A stretch of DNA of 64,000 bases. Source: a virus. Location: positions 62,755-126,754 of IMG/VR virus record IMGVR_UViG_3300035698_007508. One strand, 5' to 3'. The position numbers and the translations under genes were made by a program. The notes under the pieces are model-generated. The model had not been told where the DNA came from and did not search any database. It saw only the letters and a program-made list of their open reading frames with translations. Shown in pieces: positions 36,498 through 45,789 of this stretch; position 1 is the first letter of the stretch, and each line of letters opens with the position of its first letter.

Positions 36498-38223
36498 CCC
36501 GATTGGTAAAGATGGAGATCACGTGGACGTGTTCATCGGCCCATACCCGGCTTGCACGATGGTTTTTATTGTCGATCAGCAGAACAAGGACGGCACTTTT
36601 GATGAACATAAGTGCATGCTTGGATTCAGGGACGAGGCAGAAGCCCGCGCTGGCTACCTCGCCAACTACGAACCGGGGTGGACAGGCTGTGGACCCGTGA
36701 CAGCCCTATCCATGGGCGAGTTCAAGGAGTGGCTGGACAGCGGTAACACGGGTAAGCCGTGTGCTAAGCAGTTCAAGAAGCAGGCTGACAGCGAGCTAAA
36801 CCTACGTCATATCCTGACGCTAGTCAAGCAGGCCGCAGGCATCACAGGCTGGCACGGAATAGATTTAGATGGGACTTTGGCAACATACGACAGCTGGAAG
36901 GGCGATGACTATATCGGGCGGCCGATCAAACTGATGGCTGACCGGGTCAAACGGTGGCTGGCCGACGGCCAAGCAGTGAAGATCATGACCACGCGGGGCG
37001 GCAACGGCCAACAGGCGATCGATGCAGTACAGGATTGGACTTACGCCCACTTCGGGGTCCGGCTGCCCGTCACGGACACCAAGGACAAGGACATGATCGA
37101 TCTGTACGACGACCGGGTGCACCGGGTCCAGAAGAACACGGGCGTCAAGCAGGCTAGTAACAAGGCCTTCCAGACGGCGCTCGACGCGTCGGACATACCT
37201 GGTGATATCTACTTCTACACCGATGGAAAAGAGCGGTGTACCGCGTGCTTCGGTGACTGGCACGAGCGCGAAGATTGGGATGCCGCAGCTAAGCTGGCCA
37301 AGAAACACTTCTCCAACTGGGAAGAGCCTGACGATTCGGAGATAGGGCGCCCCGACTGGGTTACCAAGTCATACAGCAGCAAGAACATGGCGAAGGACGC
37401 CGGTATCCGCCGGGTGATCAAACGCGCCGCCATAGAGCTCGACATCGAGATCGGTGACACACTGCTGTTTGGCAGGTACAAGAACAGCCCCAAGGTGGTC
37501 GAGGACATCGGCACAGACGCCAAGGGCCAGCCTACCGTCAACGGGATGAAGCTCCTGGCCTGCCGGATCGAGAAGAAGATGGCAAAGAAGGCCGAGTACG
37601 TGATCAATGATTGCCCGACGTGCGGCGACACTACTAAAGACCGTCGCAAATTGGATCCAGGCGAGAAAGTGGTACATACTGCGGATGTTTGTTATGCGTG
37701 TAAGACCAAGCAGGCGGAGAGCAAGCAACGGCTGTTCAAGAAGGACGAGCCTTATCCCGCTGTCGAGAACTGTGAGACCTGTGAGCGCTTCGGCCCGACT
37801 AAGGACGCCGCTATGGTCAAGAACGTACCACTCAAGGTTGTCACGGCCGACGAACAAGTGCGAACAAAGCTCGTGGCTGAGCTGGCTGACACGCCGGATA
37901 AGCGTACAGTTGGCCTGTCCAAGCGCGCCACGCTACCGCCAGGTACCGGTATGCTGTTCGATATCCCAGGCCCGTTCTGGATGAAGGACGTTAAGTTCGC
38001 GCTCGACATCGTCTATATGGACAAGCAAGGTACCGTCACTGAGATCGGACACATGCCGGCGCCGCCTCGTTACGTCCCGGACAGACTGATGCCGCGGTAC
38101 CAGTCTAAATCTGCGTCCACCGCCATCGCTTTGGAAATGCCAGCCGGGTGGGCGAATAGCGTGAAGCTACAGCCCGGCGATCGACTAGAGATTGACAAAC
38201 ATGACGATACTGCAGTACATTAA
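36484..38223 (+). CDS. Polyvalent protein, 3' part: C-half of InPase-like domain, HAD phosphatase, small domains, DUF192
   Basis: 'GKDGDHVDVFIGP...VFIVDQ...FDEHKCMLGF' ; 'GIDLDGTLA...IMTTR...LYDDR' (HAD); 'ELADTPDKRTVGLS...GMLF..FWMKDVKFALDIVY...ALEMPAG' (DUF192). Own GGAGG RBS. Confidence 0.85.
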   Translation: MLSRSPIGKDGDHVDVFIGPYPACTMVFIVDQQNKDGTFDEHKCMLGFRDEAEARAGYLANYEPGWTGCGPVTALSMGEFKEWLDSGNTGKPCAKQFKKQADSELNLRHILTLVKQAAGITGWHGIDLDGTLATYDSWKGDDYIGRPIKLMADRVKRWLADGQAVKIMTTRGGNGQQAIDAVQDWTYAHFGVRLPVTDTKDKDMIDLYDDRVHRVQKNTGVKQASNKAFQTALDASDIPGDIYFYTDGKERCTACFGDWHEREDWDAAAKLAKKHFSNWEEPDDSEIGRPDWVTKSYSSKNMAKDAGIRRVIKRAAIELDIEIGDTLLFGRYKNSPKVVEDIGTDAKGQPTVNGMKLLACRIEKKMAKKAEYVINDCPTCGDTTKDRRKLDPGEKVVHTADVCYACKTKQAESKQRLFKKDEPYPAVENCETCERFGPTKDAAMVKNVPLKVVTADEQVRTKLVAELADTPDKRTVGLSKRATLPPGTGMLFDIPGPFWMKDVKFALDIVYMDKQGTVTEIGHMPAPPRYVPDRLMPRYQSKSASTAIALEMPAGWANSVKLQPGDRLEIDKHDDTAVH

Positions 38224-38599
38224 GGACCTCAGACACAGATGGCGCCGAGACAACAGCGTGCGTATTCGCATGGCCAGTTACCGGCGCGAACGTAGCGGAA
38301 TAGTGACAATATGTCACTCTGAGTACCAGTGGCGCAAGGTCCGGAACGAGCACGTACGCGACGAGCCTGTGTGCCAGGCATGTAGCACGGACAAGAAGTT
38401 ACAGGTACACCATATAGAGCCGTGGCACGTATGCGTTGCCAAGCGTTTCTTACGCAGCAATCTGATTACGTTGTGCCAGTCCTGCCACTTCCGGTTCGCG
38501 CATCTGTTGAACTGGAAGAATTGGAATGTGCAGATCAGATCGCTTTGCGCAATGATGCGTATACAGCTCGATATTGCAAAGGAGACCCGACATGACTAA
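38201..38599 (+). CDS. HNH endonuclease
   Basis: 'WRKVR...CQACS...LQVHHIEP...NLITLCQSCH'. First ATG at 38201. Confidence 0.85.
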   Translation: MTILQYIKDLRHRWRRDNSVRIRMASYRRERSGIVTICHSEYQWRKVRNEHVRDEPVCQACSTDKKLQVHHIEPWHVCVAKRFLRSNLITLCQSCHFRFAHLLNWKNWNVQIRSLCAMMRIQLDIAKETRHD

Positions 38600-41500
38600 G
38601 TGGATCATGACGATTTGTGCAGCCCTGGCATTGACGACCGGCGCACTAGCGGCGGATGTCAGTACGCGCAGTAACCCCAGCACCATACTCATTCAGCTCG
38701 GCGTGGACGGTGTTACGGAGACAGGCGGCACGAACGGCGCCAATCGACTGGTCAAGACCGACTCGGACGGCCTGCTGGACATATCGCTCGTACCCAGTAC
38801 CGCCACGACTGCGCCCAATCTCACTGGCGCTATCTACATCGACGCAGGTATGGGCGCCGATACGGGTACCGGCGCTATCACCGCCCCGTACAAGACTTTC
38901 GCTGCCGCGGTGGCGGCCGCTACCGACGATCCCATGGTGTACGTATTCGGTGCGGGCTCGTACAGTCCGCCAGCCGACATCACGACCGTAGCCAAGTCGC
39001 ACATGACACTGGTAGCGCTCGATCCCGATCCTACGGCCACTGCCATCACAGGCAAGATCCGCTTCAATACTGGCGCGGCCGCCGAGATCCACATCTATGG
39101 TATGCAGGTATCGACGGTGCGCCGGGTTGACGCGAACGACATCACAGTCAACTTGTACAATCGCGCTGCGCTCACGACCCTGGAGACGGGTATCGTGTCC
39201 CCCGCGTTCGACATGATCGTGAACCGGGATCCGACCGTCAGTACCGTACCCACCGGATCAGACGTCGACGTATTTGAGCTGCACCGCGCTGCGGACCTGG
39301 GGTTCGCACCTACTACGGTCGGCCGCAAGCTACTGACGAATGACTACTACACGATCGCAGCGGCTCTGGAAGCCTTCCTCACCCAAGAGTACATGCCGGC
39401 CGGTACGAACGGGGGTCAGCTCGCATACTGGGACGGTACCAACTGGATGTCCGTAGCGAAAGGCGCGCTCGACGAGGTTTTGATTGGCGGGGACGTGCCA
39501 CAATTCTTCAAGCTGGTGATCAGCGGCGTCGTGACAGGTGAGTACGATAACGTTGTATTGATCCCTGACGCCGTGACCACCACCAACATCCAGGATGGCG
39601 CTGTCACGGCCGCCAAGACGGCCCCAGGCATCGATGATGACGACACCGACGACCTGACGCTCACGGCCAACTTCGGTGGTGATGTCACCAACACTTATGA
39701 TGACGTCGTGGTGATCCGTATCCACCAGCTACCTGTCGTGGTGCCAACCGCCGGGCAGGACAGTATGGCCTTGACGTACATAGCTGCATCCAATCACCTG
39801 GGCTGGGCGGCGTACATGCTCACGTCCATCTATGATGTGGACACCAACGGCATTATAGACATCGCCGAGACCATGGCCGGAATCACCAACTACTACACCA
39901 AGGCCGAGGCAGACGTTGCATTCGTCGATACCAACGAACTGGTCGTAGCACTGGCCGACTACTACATGACCGGACAGGTCGCTACGATCTTCATCGATAC
40001 CAATGAGCTCGCACTGGCGCTGGCTGACTACTACACCCAGGTGCAGATCGACAGCATGTTCTGGACGACAGGCGAGGTCTCAACACTCTTTATCGACACC
40101 AACGAGCTGGCGACGGCTCTGGCGTCGTATTACACGACGGGGCAGGTACAGACAATCTTTGTCGATGCTACCGAGCTGGCCGCGGCACTGGCTGACTACT
40201 ACACGACCGGACAGGTACACAACGTCTTCGCTGACCTGACACAGCTGGCGCTCAAGTATGATAAGACAGGCGGCACGGTCACGGGCGATATGACCGTGCT
40301 GGGAACCATCACGGGGCCTACCGGTGTGTTTGACAGGGTGACACTGGACGGTATGACACTGACCAAGCACGCGTCCGGGTACTTGCTGCGCGACGGTAAT
40401 CAGGTGTGGGATGAAGCCTCATTTGATCCGGGCGCCGCCGGTTTCTGGATTCAGAGCACAACCAACATCGCATCAACCGCCATCGGTTGGTACACGATCG
40501 CTACCGACTTCGAGTCCGGTTGGGTCACGCCGTTCAAGATCGCAATCACCAACGACTCGTGGTCCAGCGCAGAAGTCCTGTATTTCGACATCCTGTGGCA
40601 CGGTGACCAGCCGGATATGCCTATCGCCCAGATCAAGTATTACGGGTGGGAGCAGACTGGTACGCAGCAACTGATCCATGACGACGGTATCAAGATCGTA
40701 CGGAACGGCACCGACAGCTATCTGGCCATCCGGTTCCTCACCATTGACAACGCGATGACCATCGACACGTGGGGCCCGCAGACTACGATACCTGCACTGG
40801 CCCTTACAGTAGGCGAGCCGGCAGGCACTGAGTCCATTTCCGTAACGTACAGCGACTTCAACGATGCCTGGCGCTGGAACGGTAAGCTGTACATGTATGC
40901 GGAAGACTGGACGAACCTGATCTACGACGCGTTCCAGACTGACGGCTCTACCGTAATGGCGGCCGATGGTTCCTTCGGTGGGTACGACCTGACTGATGTG
41001 GACCAGCTGTACGTCAACGGGCTGCGCGGTACGAACGGTACACTGCACTTCAATTTCGAGACGCATACGGCCGGGTCAGGGCTGTGGACTGACCTGGATG
41101 CGGACTTGCTTGATGGTCTCCATGCCAGCTCCTTCTACCAGGCGGGCGTACCGTTCGTCGCTGATCTGCTGTTGGGTACCAACGATATCCGACAAGTGGC
41201 ACGTATCTATGATTGGACAGCCACACAAGGTATCGATATCGAGAATCACGCCAGCCTGAGTACTACGCTGTGGACCAACTGGAACGCGGACCTGCTGGAT
41301 GGTATCGACAGCACGGCGTTTATGCGTCACAGCCAGCTCACCGAGGGGTATGTACGCCTCAACACCAATGACTTGCGTGGCATCAAGCGTGTCTACCTGG
41401 ACAGCATCGCCGAAGGTATCGATATCGAGAATCATGCCAGCCTGAGTACTACGCTGTGGACCGACTGGAATGCGGACCTGCTCGACGGTATCGACAGCAC

Positions 41501-43205
41501 GGGCTTCCTGCGTAGCGGTACTAATGCGATAGATCTCATTATACAGACTGTCGGGTGGACTAACCTCAATGACGGCCTGGACTTCACGGACCACACGTCT
41601 CAGTCAACCAGCAAGTGGACGGACCTGAACGCGGACATGGTGGATGGTATCGATGGTGCTAACCTCTTACTCCTAGACGGCAGCATCCCGGCGCAGACGT
41701 TGGCTGCGGCCGATTGCGACCTGGACGCAGGTAACACCGGTTGGACTATAGGGGACGGCTACAGCCCGGATCCGTTTACGCTCGCCTACTGGAACGAGCA
41801 ACCGTATGCCGGCTATACCGCGGCGTTCATCCTGCAAGACAAGGCGTACTTCAATGGCAGCGCTGACACCGAGGGATCGATCAGCTACAAAGGCGATGAA
41901 CTGGCAACCTGGTACCGCCCAGGCCGGTATCTGCGCGTCCGGCTGCTGGCGCACAACTTTAACGCCACCACCTCGATACGCGTGTATTATGACACCGACG
42001 GCGGCAACATCTCCGGTGCGACTGAATACAGCACGTGGTCCGCTGGTGAGATCCCCGACGGCACTTATACAGCGTGGCGCTACTACTACCTCAAGGCACC
42101 GATCGAGGCCGATGACTTGCAGATCTACGTGTGGAACTTGACAGCCGGCGAGCTGGGGTGGATCGCTGACATCGACATGGACTTCTGCCAAATTGGTGAT
42201 ATGTACGTAGCTGGCACATTATACGCCGGTTCGGTTGAGACCACCTACGATACGGCTTACACGAATGTGTACGCGCCAACCATGACAATCTACAATGGCT
42301 CGCTAATCGTGCACGGCGATATCTTGACCGAGAGCGCGCTGTTCGTAGATACGATCCAGCTGGATGCGGCGAATGCTGGTTTCGATTACGATCCCGATGA
42401 CAGCGATCCGAACGATATCTGGACGTACGCGGGCGCAAGTACGTGGATCACTAACTACGCCACCTTCATAACCTTGGACGCGGATAACCCGGCAGTGGCG
42501 TTCACCAACACCGCGACCGCAGAGTGGACTACTGGTACGGTGTCGCACACCATCGCGGATCTGGGTACGTACTTCGAGGTGGGTGACACGCTGAACGTCA
42601 CTTTCGATTATTACTCGTTCCCGGGATACGATACTAATGCCAACTGGTACGTAACGTTCTCGCTTGGCGGCGTTACACAAGAGTTTGTGTACGCGTCATC
42701 GATTGGTGACCCTAGCGGCTTACTTAGCGCTACCAACAGCATCACGCTATCGAACGTCGTGGATAACACCTTTGAAATACGAGTCGTCAACAAGCGTACC
42801 GGCACCCCTGACTGGTACTGGTTCATCGTGGACAACCTACAGTTTGAGGGCGAGGCGGGTACACCACGCACGGTGTCCGCAGGGCAGGTTGCCACAGATA
42901 CGCTGTCGCCGCGCACGGGTACAGATCTGACGTTCACGGGTAACCTACTACCTAACGGGTCCAACACGCTGGATATCGGATCGGCCGCACTACCGCTCAA
43001 AGAGCTACACGTAACCGATCTGTACGTCAGTGCATCGACGTTGTACATTGGTGGCGTGGCAGTCAACCCGCCAATTATGGTCGAAGTCCCTGCGGCGGTT
43101 ACTAACTCCGGCGTGCATGGCAGCATGGCCGTCGGCGCTGACTATATCTACTTTTACAGTGAAGATCTCGGCGAATGGCGGCGAATACAAGGTTCGACGT
43201 TCTAA
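38592..43205 (+). CDS. 1537-aa tail-fibre-like repeat protein with N-terminal signal-peptide-like sequence
   Basis: GGAG RBS before ATG 38592; 'MTKWIMTICAALALTTGALA|AD'; 'ADLLDG' trimeric-fibre motifs and internal repeats. Confidence 0.7.
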   Translation: MTKWIMTICAALALTTGALAADVSTRSNPSTILIQLGVDGVTETGGTNGANRLVKTDSDGLLDISLVPSTATTAPNLTGAIYIDAGMGADTGTGAITAPYKTFAAAVAAATDDPMVYVFGAGSYSPPADITTVAKSHMTLVALDPDPTATAITGKIRFNTGAAAEIHIYGMQVSTVRRVDANDITVNLYNRAALTTLETGIVSPAFDMIVNRDPTVSTVPTGSDVDVFELHRAADLGFAPTTVGRKLLTNDYYTIAAALEAFLTQEYMPAGTNGGQLAYWDGTNWMSVAKGALDEVLIGGDVPQFFKLVISGVVTGEYDNVVLIPDAVTTTNIQDGAVTAAKTAPGIDDDDTDDLTLTANFGGDVTNTYDDVVVIRIHQLPVVVPTAGQDSMALTYIAASNHLGWAAYMLTSIYDVDTNGIIDIAETMAGITNYYTKAEADVAFVDTNELVVALADYYMTGQVATIFIDTNELALALADYYTQVQIDSMFWTTGEVSTLFIDTNELATALASYYTTGQVQTIFVDATELAAALADYYTTGQVHNVFADLTQLALKYDKTGGTVTGDMTVLGTITGPTGVFDRVTLDGMTLTKHASGYLLRDGNQVWDEASFDPGAAGFWIQSTTNIASTAIGWYTIATDFESGWVTPFKIAITNDSWSSAEVLYFDILWHGDQPDMPIAQIKYYGWEQTGTQQLIHDDGIKIVRNGTDSYLAIRFLTIDNAMTIDTWGPQTTIPALALTVGEPAGTESISVTYSDFNDAWRWNGKLYMYAEDWTNLIYDAFQTDGSTVMAADGSFGGYDLTDVDQLYVNGLRGTNGTLHFNFETHTAGSGLWTDLDADLLDGLHASSFYQAGVPFVADLLLGTNDIRQVARIYDWTATQGIDIENHASLSTTLWTNWNADLLDGIDSTAFMRHSQLTEGYVRLNTNDLRGIKRVYLDSIAEGIDIENHASLSTTLWTDWNADLLDGIDSTGFLRSGTNAIDLIIQTVGWTNLNDGLDFTDHTSQSTSKWTDLNADMVDGIDGANLLLLDGSIPAQTLAAADCDLDAGNTGWTIGDGYSPDPFTLAYWNEQPYAGYTAAFILQDKAYFNGSADTEGSISYKGDELATWYRPGRYLRVRLLAHNFNATTSIRVYYDTDGGNISGATEYSTWSAGEIPDGTYTAWRYYYLKAPIEADDLQIYVWNLTAGELGWIADIDMDFCQIGDMYVAGTLYAGSVETTYDTAYTNVYAPTMTIYNGSLIVHGDILTESALFVDTIQLDAANAGFDYDPDDSDPNDIWTYAGASTWITNYATFITLDADNPAVAFTNTATAEWTTGTVSHTIADLGTYFEVGDTLNVTFDYYSFPGYDTNANWYVTFSLGGVTQEFVYASSIGDPSGLLSATNSITLSNVVDNTFEIRVVNKRTGTPDWYWFIVDNLQFEGEAGTPRTVSAGQVATDTLSPRTGTDLTFTGNLLPNGSNTLDIGSAALPLKELHVTDLYVSASTLYIGGVAVNPPIMVEVPAAVTNSGVHGSMAVGADYIYFYSEDLGEWRRIQGSTF
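39891..40260 (+). repeat. About five 23-aa repeats (YYT.GQV.TIF.DTNELA.ALAD)
   Basis: Visible in translation and as recurring 'gactactac...ttcatcgatacc aacgagct' DNA. Confidence 0.85.
41227..41502 (+). repeat. Two near-identical 90-nt direct repeats (41227-41316, 41413-41502), part of four W.D.NADLLDG repeats
   Basis: aaggtatcgatatcgagaatca.gccagcctgagtactacgctgtggacc... copies differ at about five positions. Confidence 0.9.
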
Positions 43206-43262
43206 ACGAAGGAGAGAAGATGAAGCAGGTACTAATTGCGGGCCTCGATGTGAGTATCAAGA

Positions 43263-43925
43263 GTGAGTGACGTGCGTAATGCACTGCCGGCCGTCCAACC
43301 GGTCAGCGTCTCACAGTTTAAGGACATCGTGCGGGTAGGCGACATCTTCCTACCTGTTTCGGCGGGTCAGCACACAGGGGCGTTGATCGGTTGGGGCCAG
43401 CGCGCCATGCTCAAGCGGTTCGGGTACACTGCTGAACTTGCGCAGGCACTGGCGCGCTACGTCCATGCAGGCGTCATTACCGATGCCCGGAACTTGACAG
43501 GCTTCGAGGCTATACCTCCGATGATGGCCGACACCGACATCGTCAGAGATTACGGTAGCGTCGAAATGATGTTGCTGCGAGCGACGCCTGCGCTTACTAT
43601 GACTGAAACCGCCGCTGTGTTGCAAGGCATCAAGACATGGCGCGGCGTACGGTACGATCTCATGCAGTACGCGATCTATCCGTTCTACATGGCTTACGGT
43701 TGGGTGCCCGTCTGGTGGGACAAGTGGTGGAACGATCCGAACAAGCCTGTGTGCTCCGGACTCGCTTTACGGCTCTACCAGTGCGCTAATCGTCTGACCT
43801 ACATACGTGATTACGAGATGTACCCGCCGGTGCGTTTGCCGCTGGTGCGGGGCCTGACTACGGTCGGCCGCTACATCACCACGCCGAACCCACAGCTGCG
43901 GGCGAAGAAGCCCTGGTGGATCTAG
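43263..43925 (+). CDS. Permuted papain-like NlpC/P60 hydrolase (YiiX/YebB-like)
   Basis: Order 'VGDIF', 'VHAGVI', 'YDL', 'VCSGL' matches the permuted His-before-Cys arrangement. Confidence 0.7.
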   Translation: MSDVRNALPAVQPVSVSQFKDIVRVGDIFLPVSAGQHTGALIGWGQRAMLKRFGYTAELAQALARYVHAGVITDARNLTGFEAIPPMMADTDIVRDYGSVEMMLLRATPALTMTETAAVLQGIKTWRGVRYDLMQYAIYPFYMAYGWVPVWWDKWWNDPNKPVCSGLALRLYQCANRLTYIRDYEMYPPVRLPLVRGLTTVGRYITTPNPQLRAKKPWWI

Positions 43926-43965
43926 GTTAATACAACGCCCAAACGCGTTATAACATGGTAGCGAC

Positions 43966-45744
43966 ATGTCTGTCTCTTTGAACACCGTACACGACGTCCT
44001 GGCCAAAGCCGGTGACGGAACAATCCGTCCAGACGAGATCGAAGCACTGCTTGATGATCCCGACTTCCAAAAGCACATCCGTGGCGTTAAGCGCTCGGAC
44101 CTGCTACCAGCCATGTTCAAGATCCACGGTACGGAATACTCCCTTGCGGACTATCCGCAATTCTGTGCCTTGTACGATGCTCTTTACGTACCAGAGGTGA
44201 TCTTCATGTGTGGCCGGCAGGTTGCTAAATCAACCAACCTGTCGCGCTACGAAGTCATGAACTGTATGCAGATCCCTCACTTTCAGGTGCTGTACGTGGC
44301 ACCGCTGCAGTCACAAACGCACCGTTTTTCCAGTCTGTATCTACGGGAGTCAATCAACACCTGCCAGTACGCACGCTACTTGCAGGATGCCCGAGTCCAA
44401 GATGAAGACGCTGGCCCGATCATGAAGTCGGTTGGGCACCAGTCTTTCGGTAACGGTGCTGGTATCCAACTCACCTACGCCAAGACCAGCGCTGACCGAG
44501 CGCGTGGTATCTTTTGTGACGAGATCGACTGCGACGAGCTCCAGGACCACCTGGTGGACAACCTGGGTATTATCATGCAGTCGCTGACTCAGTCCAAGTG
44601 GGGTCTCAAGCGTTACACTGGTACGGCCAAGACTGTGGACAACACCATCGAGTTCTACTGGCAACAATCCAGCATGGCTGAGTGGGCGATGCCGTGTAGT
44701 TGTGGGTATTGGAACATCCCCAACATCGAGGGCAACGTGCTGGACATGGTCCAAGTACATGGCCCGTCATGCATCAAGTGCGGGCGCAGGCTTAATGTGC
44801 GTGCGGGTGAATGGATTCACGCCAAGCCTGACCTGTCTAATCGCTTCGTTGGCTATCACATTCCGCAGATCGTCGTTCCGGCCATTACCGAGGACCCACG
44901 TAAGTGGATGGAACTGCTAGACAAGGTTGGCCGATACCCGATAGCTACGACGTACCAGGAGATCCTGGGGATCAGCAGCTCCATCGGTGCCAGGCTGATC
45001 ACACAAGAGGACATCGAGAAGTACTCGACGCTCCCCTCCGTACTTGAACTCCAAAAGAAGTTGAAGAACTACCCGATTACCGTGAGCGGTGTCGACTGGG
45101 GTATCGCGGAACAAACATCTTTCACCGTCCATACGGTCATTGGGATTCGTCCGGATGGTAAAATACACGTCCTGTGGGCCAAGCGTTACATCGGGTTCGA
45201 TACCGATACGTTGCTCAAGGATATCGCACAGACACACAGGTTCTACCGTTGTAGGCTTATGTGTGCTGACTTCGGCGTAGGGTTCACCCAGAACACTATG
45301 CTATCACATCGGTTCGGAATACCGCTCATACAGGTGCAGTATACCCGACAGCAACAACTGATGACGTACAGGCCGCTACTGGGTTACCCACGCTGGGTGG
45401 TCGACAAGGTGGCGGCCCTGGAGTTGATGTACTTTTCCATTAGGTACGGACACATCTTCTTCCCGCCTCAGTCCGAGTTCAAACGGTACACTGACGACCT
45501 GTTATCGCCATATCAGGAAGTACGCGACGAGCGAGGCCTCGAAAACGTGGCCTTTGTTCGTAATCCGAATATGCCGGATGACTTCACACACGCACTATGC
45601 TTTGCCATGCTCGGCGCTATGCGGCTGGCCGGCAGCAGCCTACTTGAAGCTGTACCGCAGGGTGCGATGGGTGCAGATGTTCACACGGTGGTTCAACCCA
45701 CCACGGACAGCATCGACACTATGGAACTGTTGCGTCCGGCTTAA
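43966..45744 (+). CDS. terL: Terminase large subunit (GpA-like)
   Basis: 'MCGRQVAKST' Walker A, 'YVAP', 'CDEIDCDELQD', 'YTGTAKT', Zn-ribbon C.CG..C.KCG, 'GYHIPQI', nuclease 'GVDWG' and 'PDDFTHA'. Confidence 0.88.
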   Translation: MSVSLNTVHDVLAKAGDGTIRPDEIEALLDDPDFQKHIRGVKRSDLLPAMFKIHGTEYSLADYPQFCALYDALYVPEVIFMCGRQVAKSTNLSRYEVMNCMQIPHFQVLYVAPLQSQTHRFSSLYLRESINTCQYARYLQDARVQDEDAGPIMKSVGHQSFGNGAGIQLTYAKTSADRARGIFCDEIDCDELQDHLVDNLGIIMQSLTQSKWGLKRYTGTAKTVDNTIEFYWQQSSMAEWAMPCSCGYWNIPNIEGNVLDMVQVHGPSCIKCGRRLNVRAGEWIHAKPDLSNRFVGYHIPQIVVPAITEDPRKWMELLDKVGRYPIATTYQEILGISSSIGARLITQEDIEKYSTLPSVLELQKKLKNYPITVSGVDWGIAEQTSFTVHTVIGIRPDGKIHVLWAKRYIGFDTDTLLKDIAQTHRFYRCRLMCADFGVGFTQNTMLSHRFGIPLIQVQYTRQQQLMTYRPLLGYPRWVVDKVAALELMYFSIRYGHIFFPPQSEFKRYTDDLLSPYQEVRDERGLENVAFVRNPNMPDDFTHALCFAMLGAMRLAGSSLLEAVPQGAMGADVHTVVQPTTDSIDTMELLRPA

Positions 45745-45762
45745 TTTTGGGACAAAACAGGG

Positions 45763-45768
45763 TATAAT
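45763..45768 (+). promoter_or_regulatory. Candidate -10 element (TATAAT) upstream of the structured region
   Basis: Perfect TATAAT 19 nt after the terminase stop, in an AT-rich stretch. Confidence 0.45.
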
Positions 45769-45789
45769 AGGTTGTAGAGATATATACTA

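Noticed and set aside
41227-41502. Near-identical 90-nt repeats as a possible DGR template/variable pair
   Set aside because: Differences are mostly synonymous and not adenine-specific, both copies are in-frame in one gene, and no reverse transcriptase is present in the window.
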